Assembly (NCBI GenBank): GCA_013265495.1
Contig: MU063882.1
Coordinates: 165,543 to 229,542 of the forward strand
From: Vicugna vicugna
Lineage: Eukaryota
Length of the DNA stretch: 64,000 nt
Direction: 5' to 3'
In this document: positions 61,760 through 64,000 of the stretch, one piece after another
Layout of the letters: each line of letters starts with the position of its first letter
Numbering within the stretch: the stretch's first letter is position 1
Program-made: the position numbers and the translations under genes
The notes under the pieces: model-generated
What the model saw: only the letters and a program-made list of their open reading frames with translations
The model's database searches: none
What the model was told of the DNA's origin: nothing

Positions 61760-62250
61760 AAAATAACACTAGTGAAAAAGAACAAAGTTGGAGGACTGAC
61801 ACTACCCAACGTCAAGACTCACTGAAAAGCCAAAATAATCAAAACAGTGTGGTATTAGAGAATAGACCAATGACATTCTGGAAAAAGCAAAACTATAGGG
61901 ACAGTAAAAAGATCAACAGTTGCCAGGAGTTGGGGGGTAGCAGTGGGGGAGGGGGAGGAAACAGTTGGAGCACAGGGATTTTTAAAACATTAAAACTACT
62001 CTGTATGACACTAATGGTGGACACATATCATTATACATTTGTCAAAACCTCTAGAATGTACAAAACAAAGGATGAATCCTCATCTAAATCATGGACTTTA
62101 GTTAATAATAATGTGTTGCTACTGGTTCATCAAGTATAACAAACGTATCACACTGACGCAAGCTGTTAACAGAGGAAGCTCCTGGGCAAGGAGAGGGGAA
62201 GGGTCTGGGGACTTCTGTACTACCTGCTGACTTTCTGTAAACCTAAAGCC
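61760..62250 (+). mobile_element. L1MC-type fragment (ORF2 piece joined to 3'UTR)
   Basis: Translates VGGLTLPNVKTH*KAKIIKTVWY (L1 ORF2p motif), followed by L1MC 3'UTR text. Confidence 0.8.
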
Positions 62251-63339
62251 TGTTAATTATTTTTTTAAGGTGGCACTAACCAATTGAAGGAAAAGTGGAA
62301 ATAAGATAATACAGCCCCCCATTATCTCAGCCAACAGACAAGCCCTGCTTAGTATAGTTCCTTCCAGTCTCTCTTCCAGTCATTTTTTTCAGATGTCCAT
62401 GTGTACGTCACTTTTTTTTTTTAAGAGTTGAAATCATTCTGCTAAATCCATTCTAAAGGTTTATGGTCTAGTTTCAGCTTGGGTTTTTAACTGCAAAGAA
62501 AGTAGCCCATATAAAACACCAGTGATACCAAAAACAGATTCTAGAGGGGCCAGTTGCTATGGGAATGATTGAAAATACATTTCATTTCACACTACACCCT
62601 GGTAATGTCCTGACCAGAAGGAAAGAGAAATATTTGGAGTAAGTCAGAAGAGCAGCCAAGAAAACTTCTAATCGAGAAGGAAAACACATCAGCCTACGGA
62701 GGTTCCAAAGAAGCCAGTAGCGTCCCCCTGCAACTTAACTAACCATGCTCTTTCAGCAACCATGTCGACAGGGGAAAGGCCCCGGGAATGGAGGCTGGAG
62801 TGCACTCCCTCTCTCCTCACTGACAGTTTGATGGCCAAACAGCCAGCAGGTCTCTCTCAGGATGTGGGCTCTCTCTGCAGTGGGGTACAAAGCCAGGGGG
62901 AAAAAATCACTCTTTCCCTCCAATGGAGATGCTCCTAATGTTCAGCCAGCTGCAAGGCCCAGGCTTGGAAGGATCGTTTGGACACGGCATTGGCCCTTAG
63001 CACTGGAGCGAGTCCTGGGGGCCCCTGCTGTACAGGGGTTAAGACTTTAGATGTTTGATCATGGAGCAGTCTGGAGGTACTGGAGGACAGACCAGGATGC
63101 CAGAGGGTGAGGGGCACTTAGCAAGCTCAGAGGAGTGACTATTTTCCCACAGAAGAATTTTAATATATGAAAAAGTAATAAGGCCAGATCAGTGTGTACC
63201 AACTAAATTATGACCTTCCTGCAATCAACATTTGTCTGAAAGACGAGATTGTTTAGAACACACACCAGGGGCAGCCTTGAAGGGGAGAGGCCGAGCTGCT
63301 AAGACAGTCCGTAGTGTTCCCCTCTCAGGGAACAGCTCA

Positions 63340-63540
63340 GCTTTACAGTCAGATAGATCCAGTTTCATTCCCAGCTCTGCAATCCCCACTCTCCTCATCT
63401 GTAAAATGGGTGTAATTTTACTACAGCTCCCATGAGGTTACCATAAGGCTTACATGAGATAAGCCATGTGAGGTGCTAAGCACAGCACCTGCACAGAAGT
63501 GCTAATCAGATACAGCTGCTGTCACCGCCACCACCATCAG
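63340..63540 (+). mobile_element. MIR SINE
   Basis: ctcctcatctgtaaaatgggtgtaat...gtgctaagcacagcacc. Confidence 0.8.
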
Positions 63541-64000
63541 AGCTCTGTGCTCCAGAGCTCCTTTATTCTGTAGTTCTTTTTTAATATCACTGTGGCCCCA
63601 TCTCCCTTTCTCTGTTCATATTCCAACATAGATGCCCGGCACTATTACCATTAAACAGACAGAATCTCCAAAGTGTGAAATATCAGGCAATTACCTTTTT
63701 CCTACAGCATCCCAGATTTCATTCTGTACTCTGGGGAGAAACAGACTTTTGATGCCAAACCACCCCAAATCAAAGTTAACAAACAACAAAGTTATGGACA
63801 CTTTGGATAATAGTTTCCCACTCAAAGCATAGGATTTAGAATTAGAGTTGCCAAGCATCCTCAAGGCGGAGGAGAACCCGGGGTTGGAGTAAACAGTGAT
63901 GACTGAGTACCAATATATCACACAATTTCTTGATGGTGCAAGAGAATACCTGGCTGCTTGTTTTCTTTCTCTAAGCTTAGATGCGTATTTTTGTTTTGAA

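Larger units (their letters stand above)
1..64000 (-). other. SLC12A8: Internal part of the SLC12A8 gene: four coding exons plus introns of 6932, 1550 and 13710 bp and an upstream intron of more than 39 kb; both gene ends lie outside the window
   Basis: Four exons splice in frame to a recognisable SLC12A8 segment. The expected next-upstream exon (..AGAMYITG..THLDP) and next-downstream exon (KGPNKTP..) are absent from the ORF track and I did not see them in the sequence. Confidence 0.93.

Noticed and set aside
61666-62139. 157-aa plus-strand ORF
   Set aside because: It is an alternate-frame reading of a decayed L1 ORF2/3'UTR fragment.
1-64000. CRISPR arrays, operons, rRNA or other prokaryote-type systems; strong CTCF motifs
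   Set aside because: The sequence is a mammalian intron-rich locus with no repeat-spacer arrays. Several CTCF-like strings (for example at about 40940) had three or more core mismatches.

Overview
Mammalian genomic DNA, most likely a camelid (camel/alpaca/llama). The species inference rests on five copies of a tRNA-Ala-headed SINE of the camelid Vic-1 type and on my seeing no Alu, Bov-tA/Bov-A2, PRE-1 or CAN-SINEs. The whole window lies inside SLC12A8 (cation-chloride cotransporter family, CCC9) on the minus strand. Four internal coding exons (114, 88, 88, 147 bp at 24646-24759, 10848-10935, 9210-9297, 2131-2277) have GT-AG boundaries and compatible phases. They splice to [146 protein letters not shown]. 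The rest is intron (including more than 39 kb of one large intron) filled with L1/HAL1, L2, MIR, MaLR/ERV LTRs, hAT MITEs and microsatellites, plus one 170-N gap. Nearly all other ORFs in the track are chance ORFs. I found no convincing novel biological system. The best leads are: (1) a promoter-like CpG/GC-box/ETS patch followed by an in-phase candidate alternative first exon (M-E-M-A-G-G-G-D-T-T) that would give an N-terminally truncated SLC12A8; (2) a perfect 396-bp tandem duplication overlapping a TSD-flanked solo ERV LTR; (3) a frameshifting tandem splice donor; (4) an inverted SINE pair that could form dsRNA. Repeat family names come from recognition by eye and their boundaries are approximate unless TSDs are given.
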